Source: Centroscyllium fabricii (lineage: Eukaryota). Taken from it: a DNA stretch of 64,000 bases. The notes beneath the pieces are model-generated. The model was not told the origin of the DNA and made no database searches. It saw only the letters and a list, made by a program, of their open reading frames with translations. The stretch is taken from contig JBNRSN020000009.1 in NCBI GenBank assembly GCA_051313645.2, forward strand, positions 97,464,001 through 97,528,000. The letters run 5' to 3'. Made by a program: the position numbers and the translations under genes. This document shows positions 23,255 through 35,768 of the stretch, one piece after another. The first letter of the stretch is position 1, and the number at the start of each line of letters is the position of its first letter.

Positions 23255-26200
23255 CTGTAAAAGAGAAACAAAAAAAAGCAATTCAAAAGGTGTATGTAGA
23301 CTGTGCCATGCCCAGACTGTCCCTCAAATTCAGCCTCTGCATTTCAATTATTTCTCCTCCCTACACACACACTGCGAAATCAACAAGGTTCTTCAAATGC
23401 CGTTTCAACAAGGTGTGCACCAAAATAGAACTAGTTACAAATTATTTGAGAGATATATTTGCAAAAATTATTTGAATTTTCAGCTAAACAACTTTAAACA
23501 GAATGCACATTTGCAGAGAGGGAGCATTCAAACAGTTAACAGAAACTAATCCGATTGTAGTGGTTTCAGGTATGTCCTATTTTTAGTTTAATGGAATGTG
23601 ATCATTTGCAGTTTCAAAGGCTTCTGACAAACTTCTATCCTTCTAAATGCATTTAGTATTCATGGGAGTCATCCAGAACTGACAGTACAAATGTGTCTTA
23701 TTACAGCAAACATGGGTGCAGACTAAACAACTTAATTTATGAAAAATATTTGCTACATTCAAAATGCAAAATCCAAGACAATAATATTTATAAAAGTACA
23801 CACTGGACCTTCAATTCTAAAACATGCTGTTACATCAGAGATCACCAGATTTTAAAAAAAATGTCATGGCAGCTTTATCCAGCTTGCAAGTCACACACAA
23901 AGAAATATAGAAAGTAGTACAGACCCAGAATGAAACCAACCACAGAAAGTTCATGTTATGAGGTTTATTCGCAGTACAAAAGAAAAAGTCAGAAGAAAAT
24001 ACAGGAAATCGAACAGCATACTTCGACTTCAAATGGCAGTGTTCATTTTTCAGTCTATCTGAACATTCTTTACACACCAGTGGTGCATTGCACTAAAATA
24101 AAAATAAAATAATTTCATTTATGCATTTCTCGGATTGAACAATAAAATGGTGGGGCCTTTTATCACCTGCGTGATAATACTGAGCAAAACACACCAAGCA
24201 CCGTCAGGCACAGTTCTAATGTGTTACTAAAATTAAACACCTTATCTACTCCATTGTTTCCAATCCTACACATACATTAGGAGCAAATCCTTCATAATTT
24301 CCCTGACACCTAAATCTTACTTAAAATCACAATGCATTTCTTACATGTTTATAATAGCTTACACATTAAACAGCTCTAAAGAATAGTTTAGTTGATAGTA
24401 AGAAATATTTAGTGGCTCAGTCAATACCCAACTGTTACTCAATTTCCTCATTTTGAAACTGAATTTTACAACAAATCTTTGATGTTCAATTTTTTCACTT
24501 TGTTAATTTGTAAACATAAGAATTGTTGCAGTAATTGATTAGCAAAAGATGTGCACATTATTCAAACATTGCAAAACTATTCTAGATGGTACAGTCTTCA
24601 GAGGTTCTGCATGACCTCCAAAGTTTACTGGTGTGCTGTTACTACAATGGCAAACTGGAAAGATTCTGTTATATCAACAATGGGCTAAAACATAGTAATA
24701 CAAAAAACAAAGATTGTTCCAAAGTATAGCATTTATCAATCCCAGGTTATCTGGCTTTACATTATAAAACAAGGAACAATAAGTGAAAAAAATCTGCGAA
24801 ATGTCTAAAAGCAAAGGACATCAAGCAAGAAAAGTATCTGCTTGAAGTGATGTGAAGAGTAATGCTAATCAGAGCATAGCACCCCTCAGATATGTGACAT
24901 CAGATCAACACAGAATACTCATCAAATGTAACACATTCAGCATTCTCTACAAAAATGGAATTTAAGTTGTATGTACTTTATTAAACTTTCAAAATGAAAA
25001 CTTGTGTTCAGTAATAATTGAGCATGATGCAATAGGTTCCTGCACAAATCTGTTAAATGTGGAGAATGACAAAGCAAGCTGGACCAGTTGATCTCAGACC
25101 TCATTCCCCTTTCTTAAAAATCATTTCCACATTGTAGTTTCCATCAGACTGTTGCAGCAGATGTTGGCTGTTAAAACTCCACAGACGACACAGTTCACGA
25201 CTTCACTGAGACGGCTGCTAGCCACGTCTGTAGCTGATGAGACTGGGAGTCCAAAAGTGTGGCAGACACACAGACAGCCCGGCCAAAGCATTGTATTCCA
25301 CTCTGCCCTACACAAAATCACTTTATGCAAACTTCTACTGTTAATCCTCTCTGTCAATGCCATTTAGAAGCAGCCAATCAATGTAACTTCCTCAATACAA
25401 CTTGAGCTGTGTGTATGCATGGGACAGAAAATGAGAACATCCAGGAAGCAATGTGTTTGCACAGAGGAAGCAAGCTGTGGCAGTATTTCACAAACCATAA
25501 CACCTCTACTAACTCCTCATTAACTGGGCTGCATTCCAAATTCATTTGCAGCCCCTAGAGAAAGCAGCTTCTTGTATTTATTAAAATGACAAAACAGAAC
25601 AGATTTACATATGCAAAACACAGAAGCAACAGGCATTCCCCCCAATTGACCTACAGCATGTAGGAGCTGCTGTGGCAGCATAGTTATTCCCTCACAGATT
25701 CTGTACCAAGTCAGAGGCGTAAGAATACCATCTGGGTACCGCTTATATAAATCTGGCAGCTTTCCTGCAGCAGGCTGGAATGGAAATGTAGTGAAATAAA
25801 CTGCATCATTTACTTAACATCCACTTACTATTGTGCTGTAAAACACTAACGAACAATCAGTTTCATTATTTCTACTGTGTCATCCAAATAACATTTTGCA
25901 AGTTAGACTATAAACAGCAATATAACAAGACTGTGGATTCACAGTGAAGTGACAGCAGTGATTTTATTCTAACCAGGTCCCTCACATGCGAAAGACACGG
26001 TGATCTTGCAGACCACCGTGACCCGAGTAGAACACTTCCTTTTTAAAACCAATACTGCTTTTGAAGTGGGTTTCACTGGGCCTAGCATTCTGTAGAGCAT
26101 CACGTCAGTGAGGCCATTGCTAGTATCTATGACCTCCTTTGTATCGGGCACTTTCACATTTTCAGCAACTCAACCACAGCCTGTCACGTCTGCATCAAAA

Positions 26201-27421
26201 TATGAATTCTCAAATCCCTAATGCATAACTGACATTGGAGCTTTTTTTTTAGGTGCAGAGAAAACGCGTTCACTCCCTTTTCCAAAACAAAACAAAGCAA
26301 AGTGTAACATGAAATGTCTGCAAAATATATTCATTCAGGTAATAATATCTTTTCGAATTAGCTTAGGCTGCACAATATGAAAGGGGAGCGGTGAATTTCA
26401 GGTTGGCTGCAGGGTTAGTGATACACAAGTATGACTCCCACATCTGGTGCATGCTGACACAGAGCTGTGTGTGCTAACAGCGCACTGTGCGCAGTGCCTG
26501 AATGATCGCAGTCTTTTGGTGACATGCTTGAGAAAGGGCACAGAGGCACCTTCCTAGTTTGTCCTTCTGACTTATACCCCATTTACACTTGTCAACTTGA
26601 CAGAACCAACCCCATATCCACATTGGTGTATTTTTGGCACCGAGTATAAACTCTGCAAATTCTGAGTTTCAAAGTCACCCCACTTCAGGGGTAGGTGTCA
26701 TGCTAACAGCAATTCAGAGGCGGTACAGTGTAAACTGTCAATGAATTTCAAGCTGACAGCTACATCCAAGGAACCTCCACCTTCAGTGAATCGTCACACT
26801 GTAGGGACAAACAGCCATTATCTGTGCACATATGGTCACAATGCAGGTGCATTAATGAAGGTCGGACAGAGAGCAACAGTGGAGGTTCCGAGTACATGAA
26901 AAAGGCCAAGTCTGTTGATGTTAGAAGCATATTTTCTGATACGATTGGCAGTCTTACTCAGCATAAATGCAGTATGTGAGACAGCTGAACAAAGCTTAAT
27001 AACTTCCCTTTTAGAAATAATCGAAATCACATTTGTTATGTTTTAATTTATTTTTCAGTCACCCAATGCTTTGGGGTTAAAAATACATTAATAATTTGCC
27101 TGTATAAAAGACAGCCTTATATCACAGCACTGCTCACAGAAGCTTGTCCTCCATTTTGCATGTGGGAAAGCAGCATGGCACTGCCCAATCGAACATATTT
27201 AAATTATTCACTAATGTCATGAAAACAGAGCACATAACACAGCAAGTGTGCACGGATTGTGTAAGTCTATTAAGCAAGAATGGACATGCATGTGGACTGT
27301 CTTCCAAAACTGAGAATGGGCTCAACAGGATGAGACCAAAGGCAGAGTCTGTTACTCTAACTTAAGCAGGTAGCTGTTAGCATTCTAAAGCAACTTGAAG
27401 ATTTTTTTTAAATGCTGCTTT

Positions 27422-29497
27422 AATTCAATTCAATTCAGTTTTGTTGTCATTGCAGTGTACTAGTACAATACAACGAAACGTAGATTTGCCGCTCCCGAGA
27501 GTAGTGCAAATAGGTTACATAACATGGGTTGCATACAATAAAGTGCATGCGGATAATGGAGTTTTTTGTTAGAGTTCAGGAGGCTGACAGCCCTGGGGAA
27601 GAAGCTGTTCTTGAATCTGGTCGTGCGGGTGCGGATTGATCTGTAGCGTCTCCCGGAGGGCAGGGGGTGAACAGACTATGGCTGGGGTGTGTGGGGTCTT
27701 TAATAATGTTCTGAGACCTCCGTAGGCAGCGTTTCAGGTAGGTGCTTTCAATTGATGGTAGCTGGGTGCTGGTGATTCGTTGGTCAGTTTTGACTACCCG
27801 CTGCAGGGCCTTCTGGTCCGAGATGGTGCAGTTTCCATACCAGACTGTGATGCAGTTTGTCAGTATGCTTTCAATTGTGCAGCGGTAGAAGTTGGAGAGG
27901 ATGCCGGATGTCAGCTTGGCCTTTACAGGCGCTCTTGGGCCTTCTTTATCAGAGAGGAGGTGTTTAGTGACCAGGAGAGGTCTTCTGAGATGTGGACCCC
28001 GAGGAACTTGAAGCTGGACACCCTTTCCACCTCAGCCCCTTGGATGAAGATGGGGGGGGGGGGCCTTCCGCCTTTAGTCTTCTGGAAGTCCACTATGATC
28101 TCCTTAGTTTTCTTGGTGTTCAGTGCCAGGTTGTTGTCGGCACACCATCCCACAAGGCGCTGGATCTCATGCCTATAGGCTGACTCATCGTTGTTGGCGA
28201 TCTGACCAACCACCGTGGTGTCGTCCGCAAACTTGATGATCTTCTTGGAGCCGTGGACAGCCGCACAGTCGTGGATAAAGAGGGAGTAGAGGAGGGGGCT
28301 CAGCACACAGCCTTGTGGGGCCCCCGTGTTCAGGGTAAGGGGTGGGGGGAGGTGAGGTTGCCTAACTTCACAGACTGTGGTCTGTTGGTTAGGAAGTCCA
28401 GGGTCCAGTTGCAGAGGGAGGTGTTCAGGCCAAGGGTGAGGAGTTTGGTAGACAGCTTGCTGGGGATGACAGTGCTGAATGCTGAGCTGTAGTCGATGAA
28501 CAGCATTCTGATATAGGTTTCTTTGCTATCCAGGTGGTTTAGTGCAGAGTGAAGAGCTGTTGTGATTGCATCTTCCGTTGATCGGTTTCCTCAATAGGCG
28601 AACTGGTATTGGTCGAGGGCGGCGGGGACGCTGGCTTTGATGTGGACCAGGACCAGCCACTCAAAACACTTCATGATTATGTGCGTGAGTGCGACAGGGC
28701 GGTAGACGTTCAGGCACGTCACGGCTGTTTTCTTGGGCACAGGGATGATGGTGGCGGTCTTGAAGCAGGTAGGGACAGCTGCCTTAGCCAGTAACAGGTT
28801 GAAAATGTCAGTGAAGACCTCAGCCAGTTGGTCAGCACAGTCTTTGAGTGCCCGGCCAGGGATGCCGTCAGGACCCGCGGCCTTCCGTGCATTCACTCCA
28901 CGTAGAGCACCTCTTACGTTGGAGGAGGACAGTATTAGGAGCTGGTCGTCCGGAGATGGCAAGACTTTGGTGGCTGGCTCCCTGTTGTCCCTGTCGAAGC
29001 GAGCGTAGAAGTTGTTGAGTTCCTCCGGTAGGGAGGCATCGCTGGTCGGGGGGCTGGTGTTCTTGCACTTGTAGTCCGTGATGGACTGGATGCCTTGCCA
29101 CATACGCCGAGGGTCCGAGTTGTTGCAGAAGTGTTCCTCTATCTTCAGTGCCCGATTGTGTTTGGCAGACCTGATTCCCCTCTTTAGGTTGGCCCTGGCT
29201 GCGCTGTAAGCCGCCACGTCACCAGATTTGAAAGCTGCGTCGCGTGCTTTCAGCAGTGAGTGGACCTCCCCGTTCATCCAGGGTTTCTGGTTGGGGTATG
29301 TCTTGATGGTTTTTTGGGTAGTGGCCACCTCAACGCAGCTGGTGATGTAGAATAGCACTGTGGATGCATATTCCTCGATGTCCATGTGAGCAAACATGCT
29401 CCATTCAGTGCGTTCGAAGCAGTCTTGTTGCTCTGAGACTGCCCCTTCTGGCTATACCCTAACTGTTTTGACTGGAGCTTTCACCCTTTTGATGAGC
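27422..29497 (-). mobile_element. Rex1/Babar LINE, 5'-truncated, with RT domain
   Basis: ORFs 28591-29397 and 27923-28306 (YRPVALTHIIMKCFE, LSPLLYSLF, KFADDTTVVG); nonsense codon at 28591; (TTGAA)n tail. Confidence 0.95.
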
Positions 29498-29629
29498 TAC
29501 CTTACCAAAATACTGGGCTGTTTGTATATTCCTCACCCCTCCCTCACTGCATATGGTTGAATCAAATACGACACTGCAAAAATACCCTGAATAAAGATAA
29601 ATAATGCCCAGGCAGAATTTGTAGAAAAC

Positions 29630-30040
29630 TCCATTGATGGCTTAATGGGTAAATGCACTGACCAGTGTGGTTCTCAACGAGAGAAGATTCCCAGTCTACA
29701 CTGAGTTAGCTGATTTCAGCTGCAACAATCGCGAGGGATTTAAAAATGGTTTCAGTGACTCAGGGCTAGGGAGGGAAGGCGGAGGAAAAAAAAGTCAGCT
29801 TGGAGTCATGCTCCAGATCATTATTGATTCTTGCTAGAAAGTACACGTGTATGGACATCAGGTGAGAACACAATCAAGGACAGATGTGGTACCCTCACAA
29901 TTCAACAATGTGCTGGCGCTCACTGTCTAGACTCATGCATGAGGAACGGTTGCTTGGGTGAGACACTTAAGAGTTGTCAGCACCTGTGGAACCACATCCC
30001 AGCAAGATTCACTGCCTTCAGGAGAGGGGAGAAAATGGGG
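29630..30040 (+). mobile_element. Old SINE-like repeat (family X), most complete copy
   Basis: tggcttaatgggtaaatgcactg head, ctgagttagctgatttcagc body, gccttcaggagaggggagaaaa end. Confidence 0.65.
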
Positions 30041-30105
30041 GGAAAAAAGAAAAAGAAAGTAATTGAAGACATTCAGCTGATGAGGTTTCAGTATTCATTC
30101 TGAAT

Positions 30106-30995
30106 TGAAACATAGTAACATAGAAGATAGGAGCAGGAGTAGGCCATTCAGCCCCTCGAGCCTGCTCTGCCATTTAATGAAATCATGGCTGATCATCCAA
30201 ACTCAGTACCCTGTCCCTGCCTTCTCCCCATATCCCTTGATACCTTTAGCTCTAAGAAATATATCTAACTCCTTCTTGAATATTTAGCTCTAAGAAATAT
30301 ATCTAACTCCTTCTTGAATATATTTAATGACTTGGCCTCAACTACATTCTATGGTAGAGAATTCCACAGGTTCACCACTCTCTGGGTGAAGAAATTCTTC
30401 CTCATCTCTGTCCTAAATGGCTTACCCCTTATCCTTAGACTGTGACCCCTGGTTCTGGACTCTCCGAACATCGGGAACATTCTTCGTGCATCTAGTTTGT
30501 CCAGTCCTGATAGAATTTTATAAGCTTCAATGAGATACCCTCTCATTCTTCTAAAGATGTGCAGGTTAGGTTGATTGGCTATGATAAATTGACCCTTAGT
30601 GTTAGGGGGATTGAATATGTGGGGTTACGGGGATAGGGTGGGATATGTGTCAGTGCAGGCTCGATAGGGATTGAGGGATATGGGGAGAAGGCAGGGACAG
30701 GGTACTGGGTTTGGATGATCAGCCATGATCTCATTGAATGGCGGAGCAGGCTCGAAGGGCCGAATGGCCTACTCCTGCTCCTAGTTTCTATGTTTCTGTG
30801 TTTCTATGTTTAAACTCCAGCGAGTGAGTATAAGCCCAATCGACCCAATCTCTCCTCATACGTCATTCCTGCCATCCCATGTATCATCAGCCTTGTGAAT
30901 CTTCGCTGAACTCCTTCCATGGCAAGAACATCCTTCCTCAGATAAGGCGACCAGAACTGCACACAGTACTCAAGGTGTGGGCTCACCAAGGCCCT
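30106..30995 (-). mobile_element. CR1 3' fragment split by HE1, with a 38-bp tandem duplication
   Basis: ORF pieces PHLEYCVQFWSPYLRKD and SRTRGHSLRIRG; duplication 30245-30282 / 30283-30320. Confidence 0.9.
30553..30810 (+). mobile_element. HE1 V-SINE, 5'-truncated long-tail variant
   Basis: aaagatgtgcaggttaggttgattgg body plus extended CR1 tail; flanked by taaa. Confidence 0.9.
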
Positions 30996-31980
30996 TTTAT
31001 TTGTGCAGAAAAGACATAAAAACTGGCACATATCTTTGCAACATCATAGAATACAGCCGTTTATTCGTACTGGCACAGTACTGCATTTACTGTAATGCAA
31101 GAGTGCTTGTTTTACTTCAGAATTGTTTCCTGCAGTGGGTCCCTAGATTTTGAGCATTGAAGTTCAGCTTCCAGATATTACTGAAACCAGTAGAGCAACT
31201 GAATAAGCCACTCGGAACTTGCATAAGTTCATCGTTATTATATTTCTTTCAGAAGCACAAAATGACAGGTAGAACTATGCCATACTGATGAGATGCAAGA
31301 GACAACTGAGAACCTTGTCTTGTAATGTTGCGAGGAAGCGGCATTACTGAGCAGTTGTTGGCATTATTAAGAGGGAGAATGATGATGAAAATATTGCTGT
31401 TTTTAAAATTAAGACCTGGTGATGCAATGCGTCAGTCCACCGAGTAGTAGGACACGGGCTTTCCACTTTGGTATCTCTCACATCAAATTTTGAATGGCAA
31501 TAAGTAAGTCAAAATTCCATCATTGAGAGAGGAAACATTTTATTTCACACTGCTTTTAGTGTTCAAAACAATGCAGAATGAGTCAACATGTATAGTACAA
31601 CTCTCAGCAGTCAGTTCAAAAGCAGCATTAGCAGAGGTATGAGAAAAAGTTGCCTTTCCTGGTCGCTTCTTGCGCAGGGATTGGTGTGTGACAAAAGGGA
31701 GAACAAAAGTATGGGAACAAAGTAACATAAAAGAGCAAGCAAAAAATTCACAGCTGTTACTGTATGTTCATATTTTCTATTGAACATATCCCACTTTGCA
31801 ACCTAATAATGTACAAGGTGCAGCTTCAAGACAGTCTTGTATTGTATTACTTCATCAATCGAGGATATAAACAAATGGCAAAAAAAGTCATTTGTGCCAT
31901 CAAGTTACAAATCCAGATAAATTCCAACATCCATTTTAATAAGCTGACTATGGAAAAGAGAAAAAACACAAGAGGGTCCA

Positions 31981-32209
31981 ATAGCAAAATACTGCGGGTG
32001 CTGGAAATCTGAAATAACAACAGAAAACGCTGGAGAAACTCAGCAGGTCAGGCAGCATCGAGGAGAGAGAAACAGGGTCAACATTTCAGGTCGAGCGTAA
32101 CGTCGAATGAGTTCTGACGAAGGGTTTGACCTGAAACATTGACTCTGTTTCTCTCTTCGATGCTGCCTGACCTGCTGAGTGTTTCCAGCACTTTCCGTTG
32201 TTATTTCAG
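31981..32209. mobile_element. Penelope P1 end arranged as an inverted repeat, with a hammerhead remnant at 32109-32145
   Basis: Arm 32009-32092 pairs with 32126-32209; gagtt-CTGACGA-agggtttgacct-GAAA-cattgactc. Confidence 0.85.
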
Positions 32210-33300
32210 CCGCATATTTGTGTTTGTTTCTGGTATTATATCTGAAAATTCTCTTAAGAACATCAACAAGTCTTCATTAATGTAGATTATATATTAATGA
32301 CCTTTTTCAAACATGATCGTGCTGAGCTGAGATCTGCACTTGAAATTAAAATCAAAATCTTAGTAACTCATTGACACGAAGCATACTAGATCCTCGACTT
32401 GGAACACCGTGCCTTCCAGGAACTCTATTTCAGTGTTCATCTAGGCTTGTGATGATCAGACATCAGAATGAATTTAAAGCACTGTAGTGTAAAGAATGAC
32501 CCACAATGACTCAAAAATCTTTAAGCCGTGGATAATGCAGTCACACCGATTGGCAACTGTCCATCATCCCAGCAGAGAAGTTAAATCTGCTATTGTTTCT
32601 GTTCTGCTGAGTGTGCACAAATCAATAAGCATGTCTTGACAGCGCTGGCCGTGAATGTTGAAGACTGGAACACCCTTGGAATGTGACTGGTTTTGTGTTA
32701 ATGACATAAGATTGTCAGCATGCCCTAGGAATAAACAAGAAACCCAGCAGCAAAAGGCCCAAGGATCCACTATCTGAAAGCCAGGTTTGAAAGAGCTATT
32801 TTAAAAAAAACTATTCCTTCATTCACACCATCTGTTTCATAGTTTCCAATTTCTTCATTATTTTCTACTTTTTCTCTCCTATATTTTTCTTCTCGTTTCA
32901 CTCCCATCTTGGAGGGGTGAAATTATTCTGAGTGCAGAACAGGTCCATTAAATGCAGTTATTTGTTTAATTCCTTTTTAATGCAAACACAGAAAGTCACA
33001 ACTTTACTCAGTGCCGTTTCTGCAATACATGTTAGAACCAGTGTACAACTGTATGGCCAATCAGAACACGCCTACAGGACTGCTGATCTGCTTGTTAAGT
33101 TGCTAACCACATACTTAATGAGCTAAAACGTGCAAAATATAGATAATGCTGCAATGCAGAGTGCTTTTTCTTCAAAGTGGTTCCTGTAAAATTATGGGAA
33201 GCCATTGTACCCAGAAGACACTGCATTAGCTCCTATTGATAATGATGGCAATTCTGCTTTCCACCTTACAAAAAATGGAGGAGCATGTGGCAAAATTATT

Positions 33301-34235
33301 GGGCCAGAAATTAGGATCGGAAGGCTAGCCGCGAGTGCAAGTCTCCAAAGTGCACTCACCTGCCGTTCTCGATTTCTCGCACTTGAACTCCCGATCCTCT
33401 GGCCTGCTGAAAGCCCCCCGCGCCGCGCTGGGGCTACTGAACGTCGGAGTTAGTGCGAGGCTTCCCGCAGGATCACGTGGTCCGCGGGGAGCCAATCAGA
33501 GCAAAGAATGCTCCATTCATAAGTTCGACAGGAAGATCTGTCAAGCTTATCACAGAATCATAGAATCGCTACAGTGCAGACAGAGGCCATTTCGGCCCAT
33601 CGAGCCTGCACCGACACATATCCCACCCTATCCCCGTAACCCCACGTATTTAATCCCCATAACACTAGGGTCAATTTATCCTGGCCAATCAGCCTAACCC
33701 GCACATCTTTGGACTGTGGGAGGAAACCGGAGCACCCGGAGGAAACCCACGCAGACACGGGGAGAATGTGCAAACTCCACACAGAAAGTCACCCGAGGCC
33801 GGATTTGAACCCGGGCCCCTAGTGCTGTGAGGCAACAGTGCTAACCACTATGAAATAATATTTAACGTTTTTAACGGGCCTAAAAATCAACTTACCTGTC
33901 TTTAAAGTTTTTAAAAATGAAACACCTGTGAAAAAAATGCTTCAATTGAATAAAATAAAGACTTACCTGATGAAATCCACTCCTTGCGCTTGAAAATAGG
34001 AGCCGTAAATATTTAAATACTTACCTGATACAAACCTGCGAAAAAAATCGGAAGTTCACTGCGCACCTCCTGCTGCGCAGGCCAACGCGCTCCGGCTCCT
34101 GACCCCTTCAGGCCCTGGATCGGAAGTGCCGGTTCTGCACGCATGCGCGGTGTATGTAGGCAACCTGCACTTTGGATGGCCGCACGCCTGAGTACCCCAT
34201 CCATACTCACGCGTTGCGGGCCTAATTTCAGGGCC
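33301..34235. mobile_element. PIF/Harbinger-type MITE, family C (contains HE1)
   Basis: TIR gggccagaaattagg / cctaatttcagggcc; inverted homologue of 19970-20672. Confidence 0.85.
33550..33851 (-). mobile_element. HE1 V-SINE (short-tail variant)
   Basis: Reverse complement nearly identical to 6196-6498. Confidence 0.92.
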
Positions 34236-34499
34236 AATATTTACCACATCCTTGCACGCCTTTACAAATGGCTTATCACCAGCTACAAAATACATATCCA
34301 CCAACGCATGGAACAGGACAGAAATGTTTCAAAACTGTAAGAATTATATTTAATAGGCCTCAAACAAGAGTCATGTGCTAGGAATGTGAAATTTTACACT
34401 GCCATCTACAGAACATAGCAACTGAACAGTGTATAGCGTATATAAGCTCAGGTACATAATTGTGGCATTATGAACCTGTTATTTTGCACTGTATCAGCT

Positions 34500-34946
34500 A
34501 GTGTCAGCTGTGTCGCCTCTGAGTCAGAAGGTTGTGGGTTCAAGTCCCACTCCAGCGAGCTGAGCACAGAAATCTAGGCTGACACTCCAGTGCAGTGTTG
34601 AGGGAGTGCTGCACTGCTGGAGGTGCCGTCTTTCAGATGAGATGTTTAAACCGAGGCCCCGTCTGATCTCTCAGGTGGACATAAAAGATCCCGTGGCACT
34701 ATTTCGAAGAAGCGCAGGGGAGTTATCTCTGGTGTCCTGGCAAATATTTATCCCTCAATCAACAGAACAAAAACAGATTATCTGGTCATTATCACACTGC
34801 TGTTTGTGGGAGCTTGCTGTGCGCAAATAGGCTGTCGCATTTCCTACATTCCAACAGTGACTGCACTTCAAAAGTACTTCATTGGCTCTGAAGCGCTTTG
34901 GGATGTCCAGTCGTGAAAGGTGCTCGATGCAAGTCTTTCCTTCTTT
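34500..34946 (+). mobile_element. DeuSINE (SacSINE1-like)
   Basis: tRNA B box gggttcaagtccc; Deu domain ggtgccgtctttcagatgagatgtttaaaccgagg...aaagatcccgtggcact; L2-type tail aagcgctttgggatg..gtgaaaggtgct. Confidence 0.85.
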
Positions 34947-35386
34947 GTAAGCAGATCTTTCAACCTGAGGTTCATTTTGTGAGGGTAAAACCTCAGTCAA
35001 GTGCTGAAGTCGTGAGGTATAATGACGCTGGCTGAGAATGAGGGGCTGCTTTATGTCTACAGAAGCTCTGGGTTGTTGCAAATGCTTCTATTATTCTGAC
35101 TGATATAAAATGTGCTAGTAAACAAAATAAGGAGATAACTTTATGTATAGTAAGAATTGCAAGTGATTGCTCAAAATGATAGTGAATTGGAAGTACTGAG
35201 AAACTGATGAAGCATGCAAGTAGTTATTCTTGAACTTGCAATAGCAGTAGCCAATTCCTGTGCTCAGTTCAGAAGTAATTTGGGCACATCGCAACCCAAC
35301 AACTACAGTCAGAGATCTTTCGTGGTTCCACAATTTAGATGTTTTATTGTGTGAAAAAGTAAAACTGTAACCATGCCATGCTAATA

Positions 35387-35705
35387 CAGGTTGAGCACCG
35401 GCAATCCGGCACCTGATGGTCCGGCAGCTTCAGTGGTCCGGCACGATTGGAAACCGGCGCTCTTCATTTTGCGGAGCAACCGCTTGGTGGTGCCACTGTT
35501 TCCCACGAAGGGTGGGCAAGCGCCAAAGGCGTCGGTCATTTGGGTTTGTTTTTTCAGGTCTTGTAAGTATTCTATCCCCGGGCTCCCTCCTGGGGAGTGT
35601 TCTGCCGCGCGCCCCCCCGCCCCCGAAACCTTCAGTGGTTCAGAATTTTCAGTGGTCCGGCACCGGCCTGGTCCCGAGGGTGCCGGATTAATGGTGCACA
35701 ACCTG
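35387..35705. mobile_element. pogo/Tigger-like MITE, family A copy 2 (inverted)
   Basis: Same TIRs and interior as 3309-3628 in reverse; TA left flank, CA right flank. Confidence 0.88.
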
Positions 35706-35768
35706 CAGTTGTTTGAATGTCAGCAGGTATAGTTAATTTAATAGTCCTGTTGATCCTATGTACACAAT

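Noticed and set aside
25121-26157. Short ORFs in the repeat-free block as coding exons, or miRNA hairpins
   Set aside because: No recognisable domain and no match to mature miRNAs I know; only a seed-length tggcagctt match
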